In this document: positions 1 to 9,207 of the stretch, piece after piece
Layout of the letters: each line of letters opens with the position of its first letter
How positions within the stretch are numbered: the stretch's first letter is position 1
Source of the DNA: an uncultured Anaerolineae bacterium
GTDB lineage: Bacteria > Chloroflexota > Anaerolineae > Aggregatilineales > UBA3940
NCBI GenBank assembly: GCA_964439625.1
Contig: CAYTPI010000019.1
Coordinates: forward strand, 73-64,072
Direction: 5' to 3'
DNA: 64,000 nucleotides
Translations under genes and position numbers: made by a program
Notes under the pieces: generated by a model
The model's database searches: none
What the model was told of the DNA's origin: nothing
The model's input: only the letters and a program-made list of their open reading frames with translations

Positions 1-385
1 CTATATACTGTAAAGCTTCTTCTACGCTGGCAAAGACCCGCACATGGATGTTGTTAAAGGTTGCTGTTTGGAGCCCCTGAGCCACCATTTGGAAAATATT
101 ATCGGTTGTGACAAATATAGTTTCCTGTATATTTGGATGCAAAAATATTGCCTGATCACCCCGCGCTCCTTTGTTAGTGCCCAAAATCACCTCTTCAAGC
201 TTAAAAAACGTTTGATCAAGGTCGACAACGTGGTAATGAGGTTGCTCGACTGAGTTGAAAATTGACACCAGTTCTCGATACACTTGCTCATAATGTGTAT
301 CGAAATAGAAACCCTCAAGCAGGCTGGTAAATACGATTGGAAGCTGTGGGTGTGTATGGTATGTGTACGGTTTTGAAGCAGACAT
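1..385 (-). CDS. hypothetical small protein, 3'-partial at window edge; member of a ~130-aa paralog family (see 62621..63013)
   Basis: Absent from the ORF track because it runs off the edge. Reverse-strand reading from ATG 385..383 (AGGAA about 9 nt upstream) gives MSASKPYTYHTHPQLPIVFTSLLEGFYFDTHYEQVYRELV...IHVRVFASVEEALQYI with no stop down to position 1. Its C-terminal half aligns by eye with ORF 62621..63013. Confidence 0.5.
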   Translation of the reverse strand, partial: MSASKPYTYHTHPQLPIVFTSLLEGFYFDTHYEQVYRELVSIFNSVEQPHYHVVDLDQTFFKLEEVILGTNKGARGDQAIFLHPNIQETIFVTTDNIFQMVAQGLQTATFNNIHVRVFASVEEALQYI

Positions 386-661
386 TGTCTTTTGTTCCTA
401 GTAAGTGCTAGTTAACTTTGTTTGGTATTCTACAAAGTAAAGGTTATGTTTTTATTAATCTTCATAATTAATTCATAAATCCTCCTAACGGCATAGGCGT
501 TTCACAGTGAAAGTAGCGCCCGAAGCTAACCGGCGTGCCCGTCCCTATCATCTTTTGGGTCGAGCAAGTTTTGGGCAAACTTTTGTGGAACTAATCCTGC
601 CAGCCGAACGTCTTACCAGTACGATCATATCCTCACTAATAATGCAAAATAGGAGCAATGG

Positions 662-1390
662 ATGCTTAACGAGCAAAAACTTATTCGTATGTTACTGTAT
701 GCATGTCTTGGAAGCAGTGTGGTTATTTTTACGACGGGTTGTGTGGCCCCACCGTCCGCGGTTCAAACAGGCCAAACCGGGTTAACCGTCACCGGGCGCG
801 GTGAAGCCAGCGGTGAACCGGATGTCGCTTTCGTCGAGATCGGGATTGATATTGAAAACGAAGACCTCGGAGCTGCCGTTAATGAAAGCAACGAGATCAT
901 TAACAATATCACGGCAGCATTGGATGAACTGGGCGTCCCTGAAGAAGATATCCAGACGACAAACTTCAACGTGTTTCAAGATCAGCGTTTTGATGAAAAC
1001 GACCCGACTGGTGAGTTTTTCTTCCGGGTGAATAACACAATTCGGGTTCGGATTGTGGAACTCGACCAAGCGGGTGTGGTCTTAGAGCGCAGCCTTGAAG
1101 CGGGTGCTAACCAAGTTTACGGCTTGAACTTTGGCATCGACGATCCGCAAGCCTTGCAGGATGAAGCCCGGACAGCTGCTATTGAAGACGCCCGTCGTAA
1201 GGCAGAAGGTATGGCAGCCGACCTCGGCGTGACCTTGGGTGCCCCGATTATCGTCTCTGAAGGCGGCGGTATTCCACCGGTTGTCGGCCCGCGCTTTGAT
1301 GTGGCAGAGTCTGCTATCAGCGAGGTGCCCATCAGTGCGGGGCAGCTCAGCGTCAGCAGCAGCGTCACGGTGACGTTCGAGCTTCGCTAA
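662..1390 (+). CDS. SIMPL/DUF541 (BP26-like) secreted protein
   Basis: GGAG lies 8-10 nt upstream of the ATG. There is an N-terminal signal/lipobox-like TTGC. The pattern 'LTVTGRGEASGEPDVAFVEIGI...' and the C-terminal 'ISAGQLSVSSSVTVTFEL' are typical of the SIMPL family. Confidence 0.75.
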   Translation: MLNEQKLIRMLLYACLGSSVVIFTTGCVAPPSAVQTGQTGLTVTGRGEASGEPDVAFVEIGIDIENEDLGAAVNESNEIINNITAALDELGVPEEDIQTTNFNVFQDQRFDENDPTGEFFFRVNNTIRVRIVELDQAGVVLERSLEAGANQVYGLNFGIDDPQALQDEARTAAIEDARRKAEGMAADLGVTLGAPIIVSEGGGIPPVVGPRFDVAESAISEVPISAGQLSVSSSVTVTFELR

Positions 1391-1447
1391 GACAATCTGA
1401 CATTCGGCTAATGCAATAGTCCGGCGCTTGAATGATGGCTTAACAGA

Positions 1448-1475
1448 GCAGTCGTGTCATTTATGGCACGGCTGC
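1448..1475 (+). terminator. hairpin downstream of the SIMPL gene
   Basis: gcagtcgtg (1448-1456) pairs with cacggctgc (1467-1475), including one G-U pair. It is followed by ttgatttc. Confidence 0.4.
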
Positions 1476-1570
1476 TTGATTTCATCGATAAAATGATACA
1501 GACCGTGGTATGCTTGGGGTAGGTTACATAGTTGCGGAAGTATTTCTAATACAAGCTGGAGAAATCAGAC

Positions 1571-2005
1571 TTGGCATTGACGCTTGTTCAGCAATTTTTT
1601 GAAGCACTTGAAATACATAACAAATCACGTTTGATGCAAATCTGTCATAAAAACTTCAATTATATTGACGGTGACAGGTTGCTGACGCTCGAAGAGTGGT
1701 TGATGGTTGAATATGCCCTGTTGACGGCCTTTCCGGACCGTACCTACAGTTTTTACCGCGAGTCATACGATGGGCGAATGACGACCGGCTCAATGTTGAT
1801 CAATGGGACGCATACAGGCGCACTCGATTTAACGGTCTTTTCTGGTCGGGGTGTGTACTCGCCCACCAATACCACCATTGACGTTGCGCCTGAGTACGTA
1901 GAGATTGAAGAGATTGACAACCAGATTTATGCCTTCGAGGTGTTCCCGGAAGATGCTGGTGGTTGGAGCGGTGTCTTCTCTCAGATTGGGCTTACATCTA
2001 GCTAG
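1571..2005 (+). CDS. SnoaL-like / ester cyclase family (NTF2 fold) protein
   Basis: TTG start. The motifs 'LTAFPD', 'INGTHTG', 'PTN' and the C-terminal 'FSQIGL' match the ester-cyclase (COG5485-type) pattern. Confidence 0.6.
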   Translation: MALTLVQQFFEALEIHNKSRLMQICHKNFNYIDGDRLLTLEEWLMVEYALLTAFPDRTYSFYRESYDGRMTTGSMLINGTHTGALDLTVFSGRGVYSPTNTTIDVAPEYVEIEEIDNQIYAFEVFPEDAGGWSGVFSQIGLTSS

Positions 2006-2054
2006 TGACCTTCTGCTGAATTGAATGTTTGTTAAGCACAGACTCAGCCTGTTG

Positions 2055-4475
2055 CTAGCCCTCGTATGAGAGGGCCTCACGCACGCTGATCTTAGCGGCG
2101 CGCCGTGCTGGGAGAATGCTGGAAATGGTGGCGATGATCACCGCGAGGATTAACCAAGCCAAGGCAGAACTATAGGTAATGTTATAGGGAATGGCTTCGC
2201 CACCAAACGCCAAGCCGATGCCCGTGCCCAACCCACTGCCTACTGGGACGGACAGAAAGATGCCTACCAACACGCTAAACAGCCCGATGATCAGCCCTTC
2301 TGATAGGACGATACCCAGCACCGAGCGGTTTGACGCACCAATCCCACGTAGGACGCCGATCTCGCGGGTGCGTTCCATCACATTTAGGCTCATGGTGCCA
2401 GCCAAACCGAGGCCGCCTACTATTGCAACGAGGGCGGTCATGCCGAGCATCAGGTCGGTGAGAATCGTGGGGCCCCCATCAGTGATTGAGTTTGCGAGTT
2501 CATCTTTAGTTTGAATGTTGGTCACGTTTATGGCGCGATCTTTGTACTGGTCGTCGAGCGCATCCACGATCTGCAAGCGGACAGCTTCGTTCTCCGTGGC
2601 TGTCTTGATAGCAAGCTCATTGCTGAAGCCGCGGATATTTTGGTTGCGAGCCAACGCATCATAGGGGACAAAAGCCAACGCTGCATTTGGGCCACCAAAG
2701 CCATCGATAATACCGACGATCTGCCAGGATGCCTCCTCACCATCGATGTTGATCGTGAAAGAGTCACCGAGGGCAAGGTCTTCTTCCTGGTTGAAAAAGT
2801 CTGAAGTGATCACAATCACGCGTTGTGTGTCATCGCCTGGTTGCAGCCAGCGGCCTTCGGCTGGAATGCGTTCCAAATATTCTGACCCTGGTGGAATGCC
2901 GGTGATGTTTAACTCCGAGCCTTCAGTATCATCCTCATAGACGCGCAAGCCAGACGCCGTCAGCCAGACTTCCGTATCAATGACTTCCGGCAGACGCCGT
3001 GCCTCGCGTTCAAGCAGGGGGGCGCGGTACTCGTCGCCAAACTCCACCTGAATGTCTAACCCGTAAGCATCGACCTCTGCTTGTAATTCTTCATTAAATG
3101 CAGAACGAACCCCCAAAACCGCAATGAACATCGCACCGGCAAACGAGAGCGTTACCAACGTCAGGACGAGGCGGGCGCGCTTGCGGAACGTGTTCCGTAA
3201 AGACAACATGATTGGCCTCGGCAGCCCCTTGAGATTCGCCATCACGCGGTCGATCAGAGATTGGCTGCTCGTTTTGACGCTTTCAGACTCATAGATTGCT
3301 TCCCGTGTGGTGATTCTCACACTACGGACAACAGGCAGAACAGAGGCGATTAACGGCGTGAAGAGGGCGATTAATATTTGAGCGATCAAGACTCCCGGTG
3401 GCACCTTGAAGCTCATCACGTTGAAGTTAAACAAACCAGACATAAACCGCGTCATCAAGCGCCCGAATATCACACCGATGGGTAAGGCAAACACCAACGC
3501 CAGTAAACCATAGGTTGAGACAAGTACGACGTAAATCTGGGCGATTTGGCGCGTCTTGCCGCCAATCGACTTCATAATGCCGATTTGTTTGGTCTGCTGC
3601 GTCAACAACGCACTGACTGAGTTCAGAATCAGGAAGCCGCTGAGCAGCAGCGAGAAGGAACCAATCGACACCAGCAGCAGCAAGATTGCATCAAGAATGA
3701 AGGCGGCAGGGCTTTCTTGCGGCGTGTCTGGGACATCGGTTGAAATGACGGTGAAGCCCTCTAACTCGATCCGTTCTTCTACCTCTTGGGCAACTGCTTC
3801 AATATGATCGATATCGAGCCGGTTGTTGGCGACCGTCGTGTAGAGCGTGGTGTAGTCGTCTGGCAGTTCCAGCCATTCGAGCGTCTCATAATCGATGTAA
3901 GCGTAGGCAGTCTGTGCTAGGCGTGACGGCAGAATGTTGATGTCATGAGTGATGCTGCTGACGGTCAGGTCTTTGGTTTCGCCATCCTCAAATTCAAACG
4001 TCAGCGTATCGCCTACCGCAATCCGGTAGACTTCGGCAGTGGTGCGCTCAACAGCTACCTCGCGGCGCGGCGGAGGCCACACACCGCCAGCTTCGACGCC
4101 CGTTCCAATCAACTGATTGATGCGCAGCGGGTCGTAGCGGTCTACTACGAAGAACTGTGTCGTGACAGATTCACTATTCTGAAGTAGTTCGAGGGTAAAA
4201 ACAACTCGGCCTTGCGCGTCGTCCACTTCACGCAACCCAGCGATAGAATCGACAAGGTCGTCGTCAAAAGGCGAGAGGCGGTAGGTCGCGTCAGCCGGGT
4301 TGCTGTCAATATAAGTTTGATTGTAATCCCTGACGGATACGCTGCGGGCGGTCAACAGGCCGCCAAAGGCAAACACACCGACCGCAATCGAAGCGACGAT
4401 GGTGAACGTGCGGCTTTTGTTATCCCAAAGGTCCCGCATAACTTTGCGCCAGCGTGGGGCAAATGTGGACATCAT
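2055..4475 (-). CDS. ABC transporter permease, double FtsX/MacB-type (806 aa)
   Basis: An N-terminal TM is followed by a large extracytoplasmic domain, 3 TM, a second large domain and 3 C-terminal TM. The ending '...ILPARRAAKISVREALSYEG' is the characteristic FtsX family C-terminus. No adjacent ATPase gene is present. Confidence 0.85.
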   Translation of the reverse strand: MMSTFAPRWRKVMRDLWDNKSRTFTIVASIAVGVFAFGGLLTARSVSVRDYNQTYIDSNPADATYRLSPFDDDLVDSIAGLREVDDAQGRVVFTLELLQNSESVTTQFFVVDRYDPLRINQLIGTGVEAGGVWPPPRREVAVERTTAEVYRIAVGDTLTFEFEDGETKDLTVSSITHDINILPSRLAQTAYAYIDYETLEWLELPDDYTTLYTTVANNRLDIDHIEAVAQEVEERIELEGFTVISTDVPDTPQESPAAFILDAILLLLVSIGSFSLLLSGFLILNSVSALLTQQTKQIGIMKSIGGKTRQIAQIYVVLVSTYGLLALVFALPIGVIFGRLMTRFMSGLFNFNVMSFKVPPGVLIAQILIALFTPLIASVLPVVRSVRITTREAIYESESVKTSSQSLIDRVMANLKGLPRPIMLSLRNTFRKRARLVLTLVTLSFAGAMFIAVLGVRSAFNEELQAEVDAYGLDIQVEFGDEYRAPLLEREARRLPEVIDTEVWLTASGLRVYEDDTEGSELNITGIPPGSEYLERIPAEGRWLQPGDDTQRVIVITSDFFNQEEDLALGDSFTINIDGEEASWQIVGIIDGFGGPNAALAFVPYDALARNQNIRGFSNELAIKTATENEAVRLQIVDALDDQYKDRAINVTNIQTKDELANSITDGGPTILTDLMLGMTALVAIVGGLGLAGTMSLNVMERTREIGVLRGIGASNRSVLGIVLSEGLIIGLFSVLVGIFLSVPVGSGLGTGIGLAFGGEAIPYNITYSSALAWLILAVIIATISSILPARRAAKISVREALSYEG

Positions 4476-4578
4476 GTCTGCATCACTTTCAACCTACTAA
4501 TAATTAGGTAAGCACTTCTTTCGGAGTATAGCGTCTCAACTGGCTATTTCCAGCCTTCATACAAATTCATCATATCCA

Positions 4579-4609
4579 CAGCCATGCTAGCTACGTGCTA
4601 GTATGGCTG
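4579..4609. promoter_or_regulatory. imperfect palindrome, candidate TetR operator in a divergent promoter
   Basis: CAGCCATGCTAGC-TACGT-GCTAGTATGGCTG has 13-bp arms with 1 mismatch and a 5-nt spacer. It lies between the divergent FtsX permease and TetR genes. Confidence 0.5.
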
Positions 4610-4722
4610 CGAAACAACGTACTGGTGTGCATTGGCATCATCCTTGCCGCGCCTGTGTAGATGCCCACGATAGTATAAAAGTTGAAATTACCGGGGCGAA
4701 CCGGAACAATTAGGACGTTAAC

Positions 4723-5376
4723 GTGTGTGTAATAGGTAACCCATTGAGCGACGAAATTAGCGAGGCCAAAGCCCGCGTGCTGGATGCCGCCGAAAATTTG
4801 TTCCGAGATCGCGGCTTCAACAGCGTCACCATGCAGGATATCGCTGAGGCACTTGGGATGCGGCAGGCATCGCTGTATTATCATGTACCGCAAGGCAAAG
4901 AAGAGCTCTTCGCAGAAGTACACGAACGCCTGCTGCATCGTCACAAAGAGGGACTGGTGGCTGCAATCGAGTCTGGCTCAAGTCTTGAAGGCCAACTCAA
5001 TGCCATCGCCGCTTGGTTTGCCTCACAACCACCCGTCAACCTGATCCCGATGATGCATAACGACATGCCGATCCTCAGCGCCGCCATCAAGGCGCGAGTA
5101 CAGCGAGCAGTTGAGCAGAACGTCTTCTTGCCGATTGCCTTTGCCTTTCAACGCGCAGTTGACAACGGTAACATTCGCTCCGTTGACCCATTTATGTTGA
5201 CAGGGATGTTTCTGTCGATAATAGATGGCTTGGCGGTTAGTCACGCCCACGTCGAGAATATCCCCCCGCGTGAAATTGCCTCGCGAGCGATGGTGTCCGT
5301 CATTATGAATGGTCTCTACGCTCAGTCAGGAGTATCTAAAAACGATGGCACCATCTACGGCGACCCAGTCGAATAG
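4723..5376 (+). CDS. TetR/AcrR family transcriptional regulator
   Basis: The N-terminal HTH 'ARVLDAAENLFRDRGFNSVTMQDIAEALGMRQASLYYHVPQGKEELF' is a classic TetR_N domain. The start codon is uncertain (GTG 4723 or a downstream TTG). Confidence 0.85.
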   Translation: MCVIGNPLSDEISEAKARVLDAAENLFRDRGFNSVTMQDIAEALGMRQASLYYHVPQGKEELFAEVHERLLHRHKEGLVAAIESGSSLEGQLNAIAAWFASQPPVNLIPMMHNDMPILSAAIKARVQRAVEQNVFLPIAFAFQRAVDNGNIRSVDPFMLTGMFLSIIDGLAVSHAHVENIPPREIASRAMVSVIMNGLYAQSGVSKNDGTIYGDPVE

Positions 5377-5410
5377 AATCGCAGCTGTAGTTTAACGGCT
5401 CTGGTTGCCT

Positions 5411-6733
5411 TTAGTTAACTGGCTCGAGGAAAATCTCATTAGCACTAAGCGCCTCAGTGACCCAGCCGTCGCCTTCGATGCCGCTAACCTCCCACCAGAC
5501 GAATCCATCAGCGCATACCGGGCCGCCGAATATTTCGACTGTCGCACCGGGAGAGAGCAGATACAGAATTTGGTCACTATTAACTGTTGGTTGATCGCGG
5601 ACGCGAGTTGGCAGTCCGCCAGTCTTTGTGACGCGGGCAATATCACCGACAGCCAAGCGCGAAATAGGCGCATTGGGGCAAACAGCTTCACCAGTCACGG
5701 GTTGGGCATCAACTGTTTTTGGGCCAGTGCCGAACACCACAGCCGCATCATCGAACGATGGGAAGTCGCCGTCTGCTAGGGCTGTTCCACAACCGATGTC
5801 GAGGTCGTTGCCGAGCACAGTTGCACAACGCACAACTGGCGGTGTGCTGGTTGCGCCTTGCGCCCCGATGACAGCACCCTGCTGCTGGAAAATATCCGTT
5901 TCTACGAAGACCATCCCTGTTTGCCCAGCAGTGGCAGCCTCTTGATTACCCAAGATTGCTCGGAATGCCTCTTGCGCCAGAAAGCGCCCAGTAAGTTGAT
6001 CAGGCAGCGGGATAGTTGTACTTTCATTATCAAAGCTGTAATAAACAACATCCACTGACTCACCAGGCTGAAAACCAGCAAACCAGGCTTCTGCTGCGGT
6101 TGTCCAGCCGCCAACAGGCATGTTAGGCACTATGGTTTCGTAAGCAGATTCAAGGCGGGGTTGACCGCCCTCTCGGATGGTCAGAGAGCCACTACCGATG
6201 AGAGGAATATCGGCATCCGCAAGAAATGGATCACTATTGTAGGCACCCACATACAAGCACGAGTCATCACTACGATTGATATATGGTGCGCCGAGGCCGT
6301 CGTTGGGGCGCATAAATTCGACGGCAGCATTACTTGGATCACTCAAGCCACAAGCGCACCACTCGGCACGGTCACCTGGGGCAAACGTATTAGTTTCAAA
6401 TATCCATTCTGGTGATGAGACCGGAGCACTGTCGAAGCAAGTGGCCTCCGGGGCCAACCCACCACGTCCGCCATAGACGACGACATCGAGTGGTTCACCA
6501 ACGTCCGAGGAGATCACTGTTATGGTGCTGCCGGCGACATCGGGTATAGTCGCAGGGTCGGGTTGAGGCTGGGATTCTTCGCCCGCTGGAGTGCTATCTG
6601 ATGTGTCTGAAGACTGTGGCGTTGGTTCGGGTGTGGCTGTGATGACAATTGTATCTGAGAGTGTCGGTAGATTACATGCCATTGCCGCCAAGGCAAGGGT
6701 TATAACGACTGACTTGAAAGGCGTATAGGACAC
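5411..6733 (-). CDS. secreted/lipoprotein-like protein with C-terminal bacterial SH3-like domain
   Basis: A signal peptide ending ...LAAMAC is followed by a low-complexity P/T/S/E linker. The C-terminal 'GDIARVTKTGGLPTRVRDQPTVNSDQILYLLSPGATVEIFGGPVCADGFVWWEVSGIEGDGWVTE' matches the SH3b pattern. Confidence 0.6.
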   Translation of the reverse strand: MSYTPFKSVVITLALAAMACNLPTLSDTIVITATPEPTPQSSDTSDSTPAGEESQPQPDPATIPDVAGSTITVISSDVGEPLDVVVYGGRGGLAPEATCFDSAPVSSPEWIFETNTFAPGDRAEWCACGLSDPSNAAVEFMRPNDGLGAPYINRSDDSCLYVGAYNSDPFLADADIPLIGSGSLTIREGGQPRLESAYETIVPNMPVGGWTTAAEAWFAGFQPGESVDVVYYSFDNESTTIPLPDQLTGRFLAQEAFRAILGNQEAATAGQTGMVFVETDIFQQQGAVIGAQGATSTPPVVRCATVLGNDLDIGCGTALADGDFPSFDDAAVVFGTGPKTVDAQPVTGEAVCPNAPISRLAVGDIARVTKTGGLPTRVRDQPTVNSDQILYLLSPGATVEIFGGPVCADGFVWWEVSGIEGDGWVTEALSANEIFLEPVN

Positions 6734-6960
6734 TAAGGAGCTTTTCTGACTTTTTGTTCGTTGCCTACTGATCGTAGTTAATTCTTCGGGTCTACACCAG
6801 TCAGCCCAATGGTAGGTGTTGGGGCAATCGCGCGCCGATACGCTTGGCTGATGGTCTGTAATGTCGGTACCGCTCTAATTTGGTTCGTACCCCGAGTTTG
6901 AATTTTTTACGTATTTTTGCGATCATCAAGTCGATATGTCGGTTGCGAAATAGGGTAACG

Positions 6961-7899
6961 ATGGGAACAGTTAGAATGGCTTCGATGGGCAAACAAACAC
7001 AGGTTACAGTTGGCTTAGCGTTAGCAGGTGGCGGCGCGCGTGGACTTGCGCATATTGGGGTGCTGCAAGCCCTACGTAAGGCTAATATTCATGTGGATAT
7101 GATCGCAGGTACCAGCTTTGGTGGCTTTATTGGTGCTTGCCATGCGCTTGGAAAAACACCTGATGAAATTCAAACGCTCACTGAGAGTTATGCAACGGCT
7201 GGCGCTTGGCTCAAACTGATCGATCTGCGGCGGCGCTGTCTGCTCTCAGAAGCAGGGGTGACGGCCTTCTTTGAGAGCGCCCTTGGCGCCGGCACAACTT
7301 TCGCTGACCTCAAGATACCGCTGTGCTTAACCGCGACTGATCTGACGACAGGCCGCGAAGCAGTCCTTGCGGAGGGTGCCCTCGTGCCGGCTGTCCGCGC
7401 TACCACGGCAATACCCGGTGTGGTACCGCCTGCAACTATCGGTGAGCGCCTGTATGTTGATGGGGCGGTCGTCAACAACCTACCGGTTGACCTGCCGCGC
7501 AAGATGGGGGCAGATATCGTAATTGGCGTGGATACTGCGCAGACGCTTACCAACCTTGACCACATTCAAGATGCCACCCGCTGGGCTTCCGTGCCTCGAT
7601 CTTTGAAGCGTAGCTTGCAGGATATGGAGCGCAGCCGTGTGATTATGATGCGTCAGTTGGTAAAGCACCGTGTTGAGACATCCCCACCGGATTTAATGAT
7701 TACGCCGAAACTACCTGCTGACATTACATTGTTCAACGGCTTTACCAACCTAGAGTTGATTATCGCTCAAGGGCAAAAAGCAGCGGAAGCCGCGCTGCCA
7801 CAGATTGGGCGGCTGTTAGAGCGACAGTCCAATCTCTCTTGCCGCGATGATTGCTACCAAGCAGCGGGTGACTACCCGCGGATCACAGCGGAGCAATAG
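6961..7899 (+). CDS. patatin-like phospholipase
   Basis: It has the oxyanion motif 'GGGARG', the nucleophile motif 'GTSFGG' (GxSxG) and the catalytic Asp motif 'DGAVVNNLP'. The ORF opens at 6880, but the first 27 codons are AT-rich junk, so I prefer ATG 6961. Confidence 0.85.
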   Translation: MGTVRMASMGKQTQVTVGLALAGGGARGLAHIGVLQALRKANIHVDMIAGTSFGGFIGACHALGKTPDEIQTLTESYATAGAWLKLIDLRRRCLLSEAGVTAFFESALGAGTTFADLKIPLCLTATDLTTGREAVLAEGALVPAVRATTAIPGVVPPATIGERLYVDGAVVNNLPVDLPRKMGADIVIGVDTAQTLTNLDHIQDATRWASVPRSLKRSLQDMERSRVIMMRQLVKHRVETSPPDLMITPKLPADITLFNGFTNLELIIAQGQKAAEAALPQIGRLLERQSNLSCRDDCYQAAGDYPRITAEQ

Positions 7900-8032
7900 T
7901 TCAGAGCACAAGGTAGTTCAAAAATCGAATAAACTATGTTATATTTCTTTAAACAAAGCGTTTGATAAGCGTTCAGGCGAAACGCTCCCCCCAAAAAATG
8001 CCCTACACTACTATTCGCAAGGAGAATCTCTA

Positions 8033-9058
8033 ATGCTGCCGCTACCTGCACCCCGAAACCCATTTCCGATCATTCTGCCGCATATGGTGCGCAGTGATAT
8101 GTACAAAATGGGGCGAACGTTATATGGCTTCGATGAGGAAATTCTATTTCTGATCGACTCAGACTATCAGGAGACGTTTCACGAATGCCTGAAGGTGCTC
8201 AAAGAGCACCCGAAGCACGGACGGGCTTATCTGACGGACAACATTGATAATCTGGAGCAATGTCTGTGGGAGATAGCCGAGATCATCGCAGGTGAACTAC
8301 CTGAGTACTTCAGCTTTGTTGATGATACCTACATTTGCCACTTGCTAGGGATTTCACTAAGACGTGGCGGGGAGGTGCAGTTTGACCCAGATAACGCTGT
8401 TTTCCCAGAAGAGGGCGCGGCTTGCTATGAGCATGTCCAGACGTTGGGCCCGTTCGATTGCCTCTGCGATGTGTTGCGCTTGAGCGTTCAAGAAGACTTC
8501 AACATCAGTTACGTTGGGCCAGACGGCTATCCCGATCAGTTCGACTGTCTACTCACTCCGATTCCGTCAGAGTGGGACCCAGATCATAAATTAGGGATGG
8601 ACTTTGCCACCATGCATGGGCCAATTCCGCACAACGAACGTTTGATCAAAGCGGCCCCTAATTTGATCGGGGCCATCATGAGCAAGGGTGACTTTGTCCG
8701 TTACAATTGGACAGTTGGCCCACGTTGGTGGTGCCGCAACCCAGAGCTGGAACCTGATGTAGCAGATTTTATTGCGGAACTCGACGCTATCACAGACCTT
8801 GAGGCGCTGCTCGAAACGCTCTACTTCCGGACAGAGCGCCAAACCTTGCGTGCTTTTCCGCACCTGCACCGCTATCTGTTTACGATCCACACATACTTGC
8901 ACCCACTCTCAACGGTTGTGACGACGACTGAACGGCGACAGGTTTTACTGCAAGCCCTGTTCGACATCATGCCGGACGAGTATGAAGACCGTCCGATGCT
9001 GCATAATCTACGAGACTTATTTGTGGCTGAACTCGGTGAACCAGAAAAGCAGCACTGA
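8033..9058 (+). CDS. DUF3445 family protein (heme-dependent oxidative N-demethylase alpha-subunit-like)
   Basis: 'RLSVQEDFNI...LTPIPSEWDPDHKLGMDFATMHGPIPHNERL...FVRYNWTV' matches the DUF3445 core pattern. ATG 8033 has GGAGA 7 nt upstream. The 7847 start would overlap the patatin gene. Confidence 0.6.
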   Translation: MLPLPAPRNPFPIILPHMVRSDMYKMGRTLYGFDEEILFLIDSDYQETFHECLKVLKEHPKHGRAYLTDNIDNLEQCLWEIAEIIAGELPEYFSFVDDTYICHLLGISLRRGGEVQFDPDNAVFPEEGAACYEHVQTLGPFDCLCDVLRLSVQEDFNISYVGPDGYPDQFDCLLTPIPSEWDPDHKLGMDFATMHGPIPHNERLIKAAPNLIGAIMSKGDFVRYNWTVGPRWWCRNPELEPDVADFIAELDAITDLEALLETLYFRTERQTLRAFPHLHRYLFTIHTYLHPLSTVVTTTERRQVLLQALFDIMPDEYEDRPMLHNLRDLFVAELGEPEKQH

Positions 9059-9207
9059 AAACAACAGCGCCCTACTTGAGCGGCGCAAGTCAGTACACCT
9101 TGCTGCATCTCGGCCTGAGGCTACTTCCAACAATATAGTCGAGGTCGGGTGAGGTGTTATAATCGGTGGACACACTTACCAACGACAACCACGTAAGGAA
9201 TTTACCT

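Noticed and set aside
507-785. A 92-aa plus-strand ORF upstream of and overlapping the SIMPL gene.
   Set aside because: It has no RBS, it overlaps the well-supported SIMPL start, and its composition is typical of a non-coding leader.
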